NCBI GenBank assembly: GCA_016432365.1
Contig: CP066686.1
Coordinates: 938,918 to 1,002,917, forward strand
Direction of reading: 5' to 3'
From: Candidatus Woesebacteria bacterium
GTDB taxonomy: Bacteria; Patescibacteriota; Microgenomatia; UBA8517
Length of the DNA stretch: 64,000 nucleotides
The position numbers and the translations under genes are program-made. Positions 9,638 through 23,354 of the stretch are shown here, piece after piece (within the stretch, counting starts at the first letter, position 1; every line of letters begins with the position of its first letter). The notes beneath the pieces were generated by a model, which worked only from the letters and a program-made list of their open reading frames with translations, was not told the DNA's origin and ran no database searches.

Positions 9638-10549
9638 ATGAGTGTCATTTTTCAATCAACGATATACGATCGAAGTGTCGAATCGAACTACGAAGTTTTG
9701 ATGATCGCAGACCATCATGTTTTTTTCGTTGGGGGAAGCAAGGTCAATCTCAAAACAGGCTCAATTGTAAACAACGGTGATGGTTATATCATCGTAAGCA
9801 AAAAGAGTACCAATCAAGAGAAGAAAGTAAAAATGGAGATGAAATTCCCCAAACAACTGCTCATTATCGGAGGTGTTCGGGCTAAGTTGATCATCGTTCC
9901 TTCAATAAGCGGAAAAATCGAGGCCAAAGTTACAGGGTCGAAGTCGGCGGTCAATACCATCAAATTTGATCAGTCCGAAGGTCGACTTACAATCGGTTCG
10001 ATTCCGGCTAAGAACCAAACAATATCAGTCTCGGTTAGGAAAAATGTAGTTTCTATGGCTCACGGCAGCTCGAAAATTACAATCTCCCAAACAGTCAAGG
10101 GAGACGAACCACCCACTTTAACACTGGGCGTACCGGTTAACACTCCCATTGGTATCGGCAATATAGATGGCCCGATTACAATCGATGATATTCAATGCCC
10201 AGTTGAGTTGTTGTTGAATTCATACCACTCGGCTGAAATCGGAAGAATTAATTCCTTGGCCCTTTGGGTAAACGGAACCGGCGGCGCAACAATTGATCTT
10301 GTTTCAGGATCTGTTGCCGCTCAACTGAATTCAACCGGAAGCGTGATCATAGATCACGGGGACGTATCCACCTTGAGTGTTATCTGCACCCAGGTTGGAT
10401 CGTTCACTTTTAAAGGCCTGGCTGATTCTGCTGATCTTACAACAAATGGGGTTGGCGGAATTACAGTCAAAGCAGTTACCAAAAAACCAAAAATTGCTCA
10501 AAAGAGCAAATATGTTGGAAAAATCACAGTTGAAAACTGGCCCGATTAG
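9638..10549 (+). CDS. DUF2807/DUF4097-like beta-solenoid protein
   Basis: Repeating Gly/Ser/Thr beta motifs (NGTGGATID, NSTGSVII, NGVGGITV); start after GAAAGGA. Confidence 0.65.
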   Translation: MSVIFQSTIYDRSVESNYEVLMIADHHVFFVGGSKVNLKTGSIVNNGDGYIIVSKKSTNQEKKVKMEMKFPKQLLIIGGVRAKLIIVPSISGKIEAKVTGSKSAVNTIKFDQSEGRLTIGSIPAKNQTISVSVRKNVVSMAHGSSKITISQTVKGDEPPTLTLGVPVNTPIGIGNIDGPITIDDIQCPVELLLNSYHSAEIGRINSLALWVNGTGGATIDLVSGSVAAQLNSTGSVIIDHGDVSTLSVICTQVGSFTFKGLADSADLTTNGVGGITVKAVTKKPKIAQKSKYVGKITVENWPD

Positions 10550-10565
10550 TTTCACAAGTTAGTAC

Positions 10566-10625
10566 CACCCCTCGGAGTTTTCCAAAGCTAATTTTAGCTT
10601 AAGGACTCTGAGGGGTGTTTTTTTT
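10566..10625 (+). terminator. Long hairpin terminator, repeat copy 1
   Basis: CACCCCTCGGAG...AAGCTAATTTTAGCTT...GAGGGGTG + T8. Confidence 0.8.
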
Positions 10626-10647
10626 GGCAAAATACCATCCTGTAGTG

Positions 10648-10696
10648 TTGACTTTTGGCCTTAAATGTGCTATAATTGCGGGTTGTACTTTTACAT
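10648..10696 (+). promoter_or_regulatory. sigma70 promoter and boxA-like motif
   Basis: TTGACT-17-TATAAT with extended -10 TG; GTACTTTTACAT. Confidence 0.7.
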
Positions 10697-10711
10697 TTTG
10701 CAGAAAGTATT

Positions 10712-10882
10712 GGAATCCCGCTTAAACGCGGCACGAGGCATGTACGTATAGTACTGAAAAGCCGAGTGCAAAGTTTTGTGGGACAGAAAGAATTTCTCCC
10801 CTCAAGTGGGTAGCCCCTTGGTACTAGCCAAAATTCGGTACCTGAAGGACTACCCATTTGGGTATACAGCAAATTTGCTGTC
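10712..10882 (+). ncRNA. Candidate structured leader RNA of unknown family
   Basis: GC-rich 5'UTR with nested stems TCCCGC/GTGGGA, GCAC/GTGC, GGC/GCC, GTAC/GTAC; AAGTGGGTAG/CTACCCATTT; ACAGCAA/TTGCTGT. Confidence 0.45.
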
Positions 10883-10909
10883 ATTCAAACCAAAAGGAGA
10901 AATTTAAAC

Positions 10910-11578
10910 ATGAACGGATCTGTTTGGAAGCGTACTGGCTATGGAACCATGAGTAAGAATCTGTATGTTCTCAGCATTTCTGCGTTTACAGGATTTGGGA
11001 TCTTCGTCTCGATGCTTGTCGCGCAGTTTACCTTGCAGATGGAATTGACCTGGCCTTTTGCCTTGATCGTCTTGGTTATTGGCATTGCCGGCATTTTCGT
11101 TGCCCACGGTTCGGACGTACCAGTGGTCTCTTTGCTTGGCTATATGATGGTTGCAGTCCCTTACGGCGCATTACTCGGCCCCCTGCTTAACCTTTATGTG
11201 CCTGTGAGCATCATTCTGCCGTTTTTCATCACCACTGTCTACGTTGCCGTCTTTGGGCTTGTTGGAGCTGTCATTCCTGACAGTCTCGAAAGCTGGTCAA
11301 CGTATCTGCTCGGCGGGCTCTTTGTCGGTTTACTCGGATATTTCATTATCCCGATCGGCGGGCTCTTTGGTCTTTCGGTTGCGCATGCTCTGACTGTCTG
11401 GGACTGGGCCATTGTTGTACTCTTTGCCGCAGTCATCATGTATGATTTCAACCGGGCTCTTCGTATTCCCTATACCCTGGACAACAGCATCGACGTGGCG
11501 CTTGCCATCTACCTTGACTGGTTTAACGTGTTTATTCGCGTTCTTCAATTCTTCGGAATTCTGAAGAAAAACGACTAA
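10910..11578 (+). CDS. Bax inhibitor-1/YccA family membrane protein
   Basis: 7 TMs; IMYDFN and ALAIYLDWFNVFIRVL motifs. Confidence 0.9.
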   Translation: MNGSVWKRTGYGTMSKNLYVLSISAFTGFGIFVSMLVAQFTLQMELTWPFALIVLVIGIAGIFVAHGSDVPVVSLLGYMMVAVPYGALLGPLLNLYVPVSIILPFFITTVYVAVFGLVGAVIPDSLESWSTYLLGGLFVGLLGYFIIPIGGLFGLSVAHALTVWDWAIVVLFAAVIMYDFNRALRIPYTLDNSIDVALAIYLDWFNVFIRVLQFFGILKKND

Positions 11579-11626
11579 TCCTCGCCAGAACCCAAAGGTA
11601 GATATAAAAACAACAAGGAGTAATCC

Positions 11627-11803
11627 ATGCTTAACAAACTACATCCTAGAGTCTACAACGCACTCGCGCTTTTTTTGACATGTGCTGTCGGTAGTATCCT
11701 GGGAGCTGTGGTGAATCACTTTTCAGGAAACCTGAATCTGTCGTTCATCGTCGCCTCATTTATCGGTTACGGTTTCGGCCGATTCTTTATGCCACTTAAG
11801 TAA
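11627..11803 (+). CDS. Small 2-TM protein, 58 aa (not in ORF track)
   Basis: AAGGAG SD; MLNKLHPRVYNALALFLTCAVGSILGAVVNHFSGNLNLSFIVASFIGYGFGRFFMPLK; terminator follows. Confidence 0.7.
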   Translation: MLNKLHPRVYNALALFLTCAVGSILGAVVNHFSGNLNLSFIVASFIGYGFGRFFMPLK

Positions 11804-11824
11804 CTCTTTCTGCAAATTGCACCA

Positions 11825-11881
11825 ACCCCCTCGGAGACTTCCGAAGCTGATTTTTTAGCTTAGGACCGAGGGGTGTTTTTT
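11825..11881 (+). terminator. Long hairpin terminator, repeat copy 2
   Basis: CCCCTCGGAG...AAGCTGATTTTTTAGCTT...GAGGGGTG + T6, similar to 10566-10625. Confidence 0.8.
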
Positions 11882-11974
11882 GGAAAAAAATTCTATATAA
11901 TAAAGTCTCGCCACAAGATCTCCCCTCGGGAAGCGCTTTGAGCCTGGTTGGAAATTTTCTGTGGCGTTCAAAAA

Positions 11975-13705
11975 ATGTTTAAAATCTTTAAACGATTCTA
12001 CTGGTTCATTTGGAAGCACAAGTGGTGGTTCATCTTAGCAATGATGGCCACGACTATTGCTATCGTGCTTGAACTCATCACCCCCTACTTTTTCAAACTG
12101 TTTGTTGAAGCTCTACAAAATAACGATTTGGACTATCTGTATAAGTTAATTTTGATCTTTATTGCAGTCCAGTTTACGGCTCTTATTTTTGCAAATCTCA
12201 AGTACCTGTTTGGTGATGTGGTCGCGGTTGATACCGCCATCGACATAAGGACTACTATCTTTAAATTTGTGCAGGACTTGGACTTCTCTTTTCATGCAAA
12301 TAAGAGTACCGGCTCCCTAATCAGCGCTTTTAAACGCGGAGACAACGCCTTTTGGGGACTCTTTGAACGAATGAATCAAAAAATGTGGGAAATAATTATC
12401 GGTTTTATCGTAATGGGTTACTTTTTTCTTAAGATTGATCCCAGATTCGTACTGATTTTTGCTGTTTCTTTTGTTCTTACACTGGTCGCCACTAAATATC
12501 TGGCCGGACTAAACATTAGAACCCGTGAAGAATTTAATGAATACGAGGACGACATTAGCGGCATAATCACCGACAATCTAATAAACTACGAAACGGTCAA
12601 GCTTTTTGCCAAAGAAAAGTGGGAAATTGAGCGCCTAAAAAATTCATTCAAAGACTGGAAAAAGTACTTGTGGAGACATTTTTGGACTTACAGGATGATT
12701 GATATGAGTGTCGGATCCCTTGTTAATATTTCAATTTTCTTGGTACTTATATTTTCTTTGAATTTGATTAAGGTAAAAGAGATTGGCATTGGAGACTTTA
12801 TTTTAATTGTTGGCTACGTAAACTTGTTCTTTCCAAAGCTTTTTGACCTTATTTACGGACTTAGGGAGATATCAACAAACTATGCCGATATCAAAAAGTA
12901 TTTTGATTTATTGGATTACGAAATAGATGTAAAAGACCCGGTAAGCTCCGTTAGCCTGGACCACGTTAAAGGAATTATTGAATTCAAAAACGTCTCCTTT
13001 ACCTACGGCGGACGTTCTAAAAACGCCATTAACGGAGTTGATTTGAAGATAAATAAAGGACAATCTGTGGCTTTGGTCGGTAGAAGCGGCAGCGGTAAAA
13101 CCACCTTGGCCAAACTTCTAATGAGATTTTATGATATCGACTCTGGAGAAATAACAATCGATGGGGTGAATATCAAAGACTTCACAAAAAGCACCCTCCG
13201 TGGATTTGTTGGCGTTGTTCCCCAGGAGCCTATTCTTTTCAATAACACAATTGCATACAACATAGGATATGGCAAGAACGATCCCACACTTTCCGAGATT
13301 AGAACAGCTTCGAAATTGGCCAATATTGACGATTTTATAGAAGGACTTAAGAAAAAATATGATACCGAGGTTGGTGAACGTGGGGTTAAGCTCTCCGGAG
13401 GACAAAAACAGCGTTTGGCAATAGCGCGTATGATACTAAGCGACCCCGATATTGTTGTATTTGATGAGGCAACAAGCCACCTTGACTCTGAAAGCGAAAA
13501 ACTTATTCAGGACGCATTTTGGAAGGCAAGACGAGGCAAAACCACCATTATTATCGCCCATCGTTTGTCTACGATTATGAGGGCGGACAAGATTGTGGTC
13601 ATGGAGCATGGACATATTAAAGAAACCGGGACCCACGAGGGACTGGTGAAGAAAAAAGACAGCTTATATTCCCACTTCTGGAATTTGCAGATTAAACTCG
13701 ACTAA
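11975..13705 (+). CDS. ABC exporter, fused permease-ATPase (MsbA/Atm1-like)
   Basis: TM domain, Walker A GRSGSGKT, LSGGQKQR, VVFDEAT, IAHRLST. Confidence 0.96.
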   Translation: MFKIFKRFYWFIWKHKWWFILAMMATTIAIVLELITPYFFKLFVEALQNNDLDYLYKLILIFIAVQFTALIFANLKYLFGDVVAVDTAIDIRTTIFKFVQDLDFSFHANKSTGSLISAFKRGDNAFWGLFERMNQKMWEIIIGFIVMGYFFLKIDPRFVLIFAVSFVLTLVATKYLAGLNIRTREEFNEYEDDISGIITDNLINYETVKLFAKEKWEIERLKNSFKDWKKYLWRHFWTYRMIDMSVGSLVNISIFLVLIFSLNLIKVKEIGIGDFILIVGYVNLFFPKLFDLIYGLREISTNYADIKKYFDLLDYEIDVKDPVSSVSLDHVKGIIEFKNVSFTYGGRSKNAINGVDLKINKGQSVALVGRSGSGKTTLAKLLMRFYDIDSGEITIDGVNIKDFTKSTLRGFVGVVPQEPILFNNTIAYNIGYGKNDPTLSEIRTASKLANIDDFIEGLKKKYDTEVGERGVKLSGGQKQRLAIARMILSDPDIVVFDEATSHLDSESEKLIQDAFWKARRGKTTIIIAHRLSTIMRADKIVVMEHGHIKETGTHEGLVKKKDSLYSHFWNLQIKLD

Positions 13706-14367
13706 CTCGCCTCGAGATCCGATATTAATCTATCCAAGTCTTTCCTAAACTCGACCAGTGGATTAACTGCCAACGGGTTTCGTACGACTTTGACGGTTAA
13801 TAAAGACTCATATTTTCCAAAATCAACCACATTTTTGTATCGATCTGGCAAACTATCTGTCACCAGAAGCGCCAATTGCCCCACACAATATGCCCATGGC
13901 GTTTGACCCAAAATGTACTGGCGATCAACAAATTGTTCCAAGTAGTCCGATCTATGATCGCTATATAACGAATTTGTTTTTTTATCATAAAAATCTTCAA
14001 GATCTACCTGTCTTGTTGAAATACCATTAAGCCCCCAGGACAAAACTTTTACATTTCTACCGGCTCGATCGTGAATCCAAAACCCTGCGTCATCGATTGC
14101 TTTGAGTTGTAACACAACATGCCTGACCACTTCTAATTTATCCTTCAGACTAATTGCAGAATCCGATACATCCATTAAATCATCAAGGTCCATGCCTCCC
14201 AGTCTTTCAACATTAAAATGTCTATTGCCTACTTCGTCGGCTTCTGAAATTATGACTGGGACTACAGGCTCGCCATTGAAGCTGACATTTCTCAAAAAAT
14301 GATATCCTAGAAAACGTATATTTTTTTTCTCAAAATACTCTGTTCGTAACTCGAGTTTTGCATCCAT
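13702..14367 (-). CDS. Hypothetical protein, protein-kinase-like fold
   Basis: VERLGGMDL, IHDRAGRNV (catalytic-loop-like) and VDLE (DFG-like). Confidence 0.55.
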   Translation of the reverse strand: MDAKLELRTEYFEKKNIRFLGYHFLRNVSFNGEPVVPVIISEADEVGNRHFNVERLGGMDLDDLMDVSDSAISLKDKLEVVRHVVLQLKAIDDAGFWIHDRAGRNVKVLSWGLNGISTRQVDLEDFYDKKTNSLYSDHRSDYLEQFVDRQYILGQTPWAYCVGQLALLVTDSLPDRYKNVVDFGKYESLLTVKVVRNPLAVNPLVEFRKDLDRLISDLEAS

Positions 14368-14479
14368 CTGTACAATAAATTATATAACATTTTGTTATTT
14401 GACTTTTAAAATACTACAGGTTAAAATCTTGCCTGAGAAAGTTCTTTGACGCCACAACTCTACCTGAAAGGAGGCCTAA

Positions 14480-14758
14480 ATGTACTGCGAAATTTGCAAG
14501 TTCAAGATCGGAGTAAACTACCTGCTTGAGAATGATTCATCCTGTGAATATTGTCAAACCACCGTACACACAGCGGGCTTGGTGGGAACATACGAGGGAC
14601 TTAAGAATGGTCTCCATATTTTTAGAGTTCATCCCACATTAACCTGCTCCGGATGTGGGGAAAAACTCACACATCTATTTGTTCCATGCTCCGACGACGG
14701 AGGTTTAATAGATGTGACAGAAGAGTTCAAAAAGCTACCAACAAAAATACGCAAATGA
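14480..14758 (+). CDS. Small Cys-rich putative zinc-binding protein
   Basis: Three CxxC pairs; GAAAGGAGG SD; TTGACT-17-TAAAAT promoter with GTTCTTTGAC. Confidence 0.75.
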   Translation: MYCEICKFKIGVNYLLENDSSCEYCQTTVHTAGLVGTYEGLKNGLHIFRVHPTLTCSGCGEKLTHLFVPCSDDGGLIDVTEEFKKLPTKIRK

Positions 14759-14768
14759 TCGAACGCTG

Positions 14769-14812
14769 ATACCCCTATGGAAGAAACAAAAATCTGTAGG
14801 GGTATTTTTTTT
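14769..14812 (+). terminator. Intrinsic terminator
   Basis: ATACCCCTA...TAGGGGTAT + T tract. Confidence 0.8.
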
Positions 14813-14926
14813 GAAGAATTACTCGTCCTTTGACTGCATTCCGAGTAACCACCCCGTACATTACTTACTTGCTCCCAAATACTACGTGTTTGCGTCGCAA
14901 GGGCGTTTTTACGGGGCAAGAAGTAC

Positions 14927-15142
14927 TTAATCCTCTTTACTTTGCATACCCAATAACCATAAAACTGCTTCTTTTTTATAACGGCGATCTCCACGGGAGT
15001 TTATGCGAATTGCAGGAAGTTTACCTCGCTTACCCCATCTTTTTATAGTTAAAGGAGAAACACGAAGAACATCTGCAACTTCACGAACCGTGAGAAGGTC
15101 GGGTAGATTTTCTAATTTAACTTTTTTCTTTGGTTCATCCAT
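14927..15142 (-). CDS. Stand-alone MerR/Xis/BldC-like HTH DNA-binding protein
   Basis: LLTVREVADVLRVSPLTIKRWGKRGKL...GDRRY. Confidence 0.9.
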   Translation of the reverse strand: MDEPKKKVKLENLPDLLTVREVADVLRVSPLTIKRWGKRGKLPAIRINSRGDRRYKKEAVLWLLGMQSKED

Positions 15143-15304
15143 TTTGTTTATGTTGTATATACTTTGTTCCTGTCCCCTGCCTATCAACGATCTATCTTAA
15201 TCACAAGATATCAAAGGGGTTCAGTCGTGTCAAGAGGTATTAAATAAGACTTTTTTGTTGACATCCATCCTTACCTTTGGCATAATCCCCATAGTTTTGA
15301 AAAT

Positions 15305-16108
15305 ATGAGCGAAAGCCTATACAGAGTTGCGCTTGATGCACTTGTCGAATTGTCCCCGGAAATAGAGGCCGCCAGAAGTGGAATTAAGCCTAAACCAACA
15401 GTCCCCACTTTGGAAAGCATCGTCAGTGGCTTTGACCCCGAATCGGAGTATCGTAAAAATAAAATATATTTAGGTACGGCCGAAGACGGCCTACCGGTCT
15501 CGATTAATTTAAATAACCTTGGAAGCGGTCCCAGACTGGTGGTTTCCGATAAAGGAGCCGGAAATGTCGACATCCTAAAATCTATAGCCCAATCAATTAT
15601 GATGACGCACTCCCCTAGCAGTGTTCAGTTTGTTGTTATTACACCCAATCCAAACGAATGGCATATTCCGGAATACTCGCCACACAATCCCAACGGGATT
15701 ATTCCGGTGTACGAAAAATCTGCTGATGATATGATTCTCTCCTTGAATGCCTGGGCCCATTCGAACAGATCTAACCAAAGTGTCGTTTTACTTTATGAAG
15801 ATTTGACCCGCATACTTTCATCCAATCCGGAAACTGCCGATCACCTCCGTTGGTTACTAATGAGAGGTACTTCCAAACATGTTTTTCCGATTGTCACATT
15901 AGATACTTCAAAAGCTCAAGAAGTTTCCTCCTGGCTTCCCTATTTTCGTTCAAAGATTTTTGGAAAGATAACGGATCCGGAAGAGGCAGGAAAATTTATA
16001 GAATCTGACAAGCTGACAAACGCCAATCTGGATACGCTTTACCAAGGTTCTCAATTTACAGTTCATACCGGTAACGAGTGGACGCGCTTCTTGCTTCCTA
16101 AAATTTAA
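15305..16108 (+). CDS. FtsK/EccC-like P-loop domain, degenerate
   Basis: IYLGTAEDGLPVSINL, LVVSDKGAGNV (decayed Walker A), VVLLYEDL, LLMRG. Confidence 0.6.
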   Translation: MSESLYRVALDALVELSPEIEAARSGIKPKPTVPTLESIVSGFDPESEYRKNKIYLGTAEDGLPVSINLNNLGSGPRLVVSDKGAGNVDILKSIAQSIMMTHSPSSVQFVVITPNPNEWHIPEYSPHNPNGIIPVYEKSADDMILSLNAWAHSNRSNQSVVLLYEDLTRILSSNPETADHLRWLLMRGTSKHVFPIVTLDTSKAQEVSSWLPYFRSKIFGKITDPEEAGKFIESDKLTNANLDTLYQGSQFTVHTGNEWTRFLLPKI

Positions 16109-16172
16109 AACTTGAACAACATTTCCCCATTGCAAATTAAATTTCGCATTGTTATATTGGCTGACAAATTAA

Positions 16173-17009
16173 ATGGGCGTCGAATTCTTTTCTGATATTT
16201 CAAGGGCACTAGCCAAAACTGAGGCAGGAAGATCTCTTAAGGAAATTTTAAGATGGTCGGAATATAGAACAGGAGAATCTGAACAAGAATGGATATCTAA
16301 AATCGGAATAACAGGTCAGGATTTTCTTCATACCACCACTCTGATGCCGCAAATAGGTGAAGTTTTTCTTCGCCTCGAGGGTGACCGATTTTCGAGTTCT
16401 GAACAGGAAACTTTCCGTTACGGACTTATAAGTCATGATTTTGGTGAAGCAAAAATTAACGGAAAAGGAATCGGCGACATAAGTGCCAGTATTAAAAACG
16501 CTAAAGACGAGAAGATTGAATCGGGCATTGCCAGAAAAGTTATCGCTTCACTAGATCTGCCGAAAGAGACCAAAGATAAACTTTTAAACGGATATCATGA
16601 AGTTGTGGAAGGTGGAAATCCTAAACTTTACGACGCCTTTAAGGCCCTAGAGCGAACAGAATATGTAATAACCGCCATGAAGGCGTTTGTAAACTGTCGT
16701 AGACTGGAAATTCAAGGTAAGCCCGGTATTAAGGAAGAAAAAGCCATGATAGGAAGAGTACTTGTTATAAACCTGACCAAGGTGTTAAACGAACACGTTC
16801 CAAATTATCCGAACTCCATAGGCAGACTATTCTCAAATAACAGAGAGTTGATAGACCAAATGTTTGATTTCTCGACAGAATGGTTAGTTTCAAACAACTC
16901 TTGGCGTGGCAAGGATGTTGACCATGGGGCGCTGGCAATGATGTTTCAAAGCCAATGGATAAAATTTAAAATCCGTACAGACCGGAATATTTTTCCTCAA
17001 GATATTTAA
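16173..17009 (+). CDS. HD-domain protein
   Basis: RW...DFLHT...LISHDFGEA...GDI motif. Confidence 0.7.
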   Translation: MGVEFFSDISRALAKTEAGRSLKEILRWSEYRTGESEQEWISKIGITGQDFLHTTTLMPQIGEVFLRLEGDRFSSSEQETFRYGLISHDFGEAKINGKGIGDISASIKNAKDEKIESGIARKVIASLDLPKETKDKLLNGYHEVVEGGNPKLYDAFKALERTEYVITAMKAFVNCRRLEIQGKPGIKEEKAMIGRVLVINLTKVLNEHVPNYPNSIGRLFSNNRELIDQMFDFSTEWLVSNNSWRGKDVDHGALAMMFQSQWIKFKIRTDRNIFPQDI

Positions 17010-18462
17010 GGTTCACGCTTGGATTGAAAGTCATTTCATTCTTCTTTAGCAAATCTTCTAAGGTGTACGTCGATCCGTATTGGTGTATATGTTTCTCAAG
17101 CCATTGTTCAGTTTGTTCGTAATTTTTAATTTTTAATTTTAAATTTTTAATTTGACTCTCCCATTGCGCCCCTAAAAACGTTCCAAGACTGTAAGTTGGA
17201 AAATACCCCACCGCCCCACCACTCCAGTGAATATCCTGGAGTACCCCCTCTGAATCATTTTTTGGAACTATTCCAAGATATGCTTTCATCTTACTGTTCC
17301 AGACCTCTCTTAAATCAGATATCTTAAATCTTCCTTCTATCAGTCCCCTTTCTATTTCGAACCTAAGCATGATATGGAAGTGGTATGTAACTTCATCTGC
17401 CTCAACTCTTAGAAGGCTTGGGCGAACCTTATTAAAATAAGAGTGATAGCTGCCTACTGACAACTGTTTACGGCTTGCCGACGAAGTACTGATTACTGAA
17501 TCAAAATCTTTTTTAAAATGGCTTATGAACTCCCCACTTCGTCCTACAAAGTTTTCCCAGAACCTGCTTTGAGATTCATGAATTACCAAGCTCGACCCCC
17601 CGCCAATTGGTGTCATCTCAAGCTCCGGCGCGGATTGAAGGTCGTAAAGAGCGTGGCCAAACTCATGAATTACAGCTAAAAGGCTTCTTCCGAAATCTTG
17701 TTCATGATACCAGGTGGTGATTCTTGTATCGTTGTTTGAAAAAGACGTGGTGAACGGATGCGCAGAAGTATCAAGCCGGAAATTTTGTCCGAAATCTTTC
17801 CATAAATATTTTAATACCTTGTCATTTAGTTCTGACATCTTATGTTTATCGTATTTTGCAGTTTCTAACGGATGAGTTTTAAAATATTTTGAGGATGTCG
17901 TGATTTTATTTAGTAGTTCTTGAAGTGGACTTTTGATCCCATCGAAAAAGTTTTGAACAGAACTGCTGGTCAGCCCCTCTTCGTATTGATCCAAAAGCGC
18001 ATCATATGGTGAGTCTTCATACCCCAAGTATTCTGCGGCCTGTTTGTTCATGTCAAAAATCTTTGACAGAGATTTTTCAAATATTTTGAAGTTATTCTTC
18101 TCCTTTGCCTCCCTCCAAATAACCGTGGCCGTATTGGTTAACCTCTCAAAATCTTCAATAAAGTCGCTTGGTAACTTCTCGTAGTATTTCAGAGATCTCA
18201 AAAGAATCCGGACCACCCCCCTTTCCTGATCTGTCATTTGCTTAATGCCCTCTGCTTTATGCAGTAAACTTACGAAGTTTTGATCAAGAAACATCTTTTG
18301 CCTGATAACCGATAGCCTACCAAGAGCCTCTCCACGCGCAGAAGCTCCCATTTGCGGCATGTAAGTTTCCAAGTCCCAATGGGCAATTGCCGAGGTGTAG
18401 CTTAGTGCCCACAAATCTTTATAGTAATCAAGAATCTGAAGAATCACCTTATTTTTAAACAT
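16966..18462 (-). CDS. Carboxypeptidase Taq (M32)
   Basis: HPFTT, HEFGHALY, IHESQSRFWEN, RVEADE, QDIHW, GYFPTYSLG. Confidence 0.97.
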   Translation of the reverse strand: MFKNKVILQILDYYKDLWALSYTSAIAHWDLETYMPQMGASARGEALGRLSVIRQKMFLDQNFVSLLHKAEGIKQMTDQERGVVRILLRSLKYYEKLPSDFIEDFERLTNTATVIWREAKEKNNFKIFEKSLSKIFDMNKQAAEYLGYEDSPYDALLDQYEEGLTSSSVQNFFDGIKSPLQELLNKITTSSKYFKTHPLETAKYDKHKMSELNDKVLKYLWKDFGQNFRLDTSAHPFTTSFSNNDTRITTWYHEQDFGRSLLAVIHEFGHALYDLQSAPELEMTPIGGGSSLVIHESQSRFWENFVGRSGEFISHFKKDFDSVISTSSASRKQLSVGSYHSYFNKVRPSLLRVEADEVTYHFHIMLRFEIERGLIEGRFKISDLREVWNSKMKAYLGIVPKNDSEGVLQDIHWSGGAVGYFPTYSLGTFLGAQWESQIKNLKLKIKNYEQTEQWLEKHIHQYGSTYTLEDLLKKNEMTFNPSVNLKYLEEKYSGLYGF

Positions 18463-18487
18463 GGACGTATTCTAACACGTAAGAAAG

Positions 18488-20950
<2,463 letters not shown>

Positions 20951-20970
20951 GATATCCTAATAAGCTTTGA

Positions 20971-23354
<2,384 letters not shown>

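Noticed and set aside
10566-11881. Integron attC sites
   Set aside because: No RYYYAAC/GTTRRRY core boxes and no integrase; T tracts fit terminators
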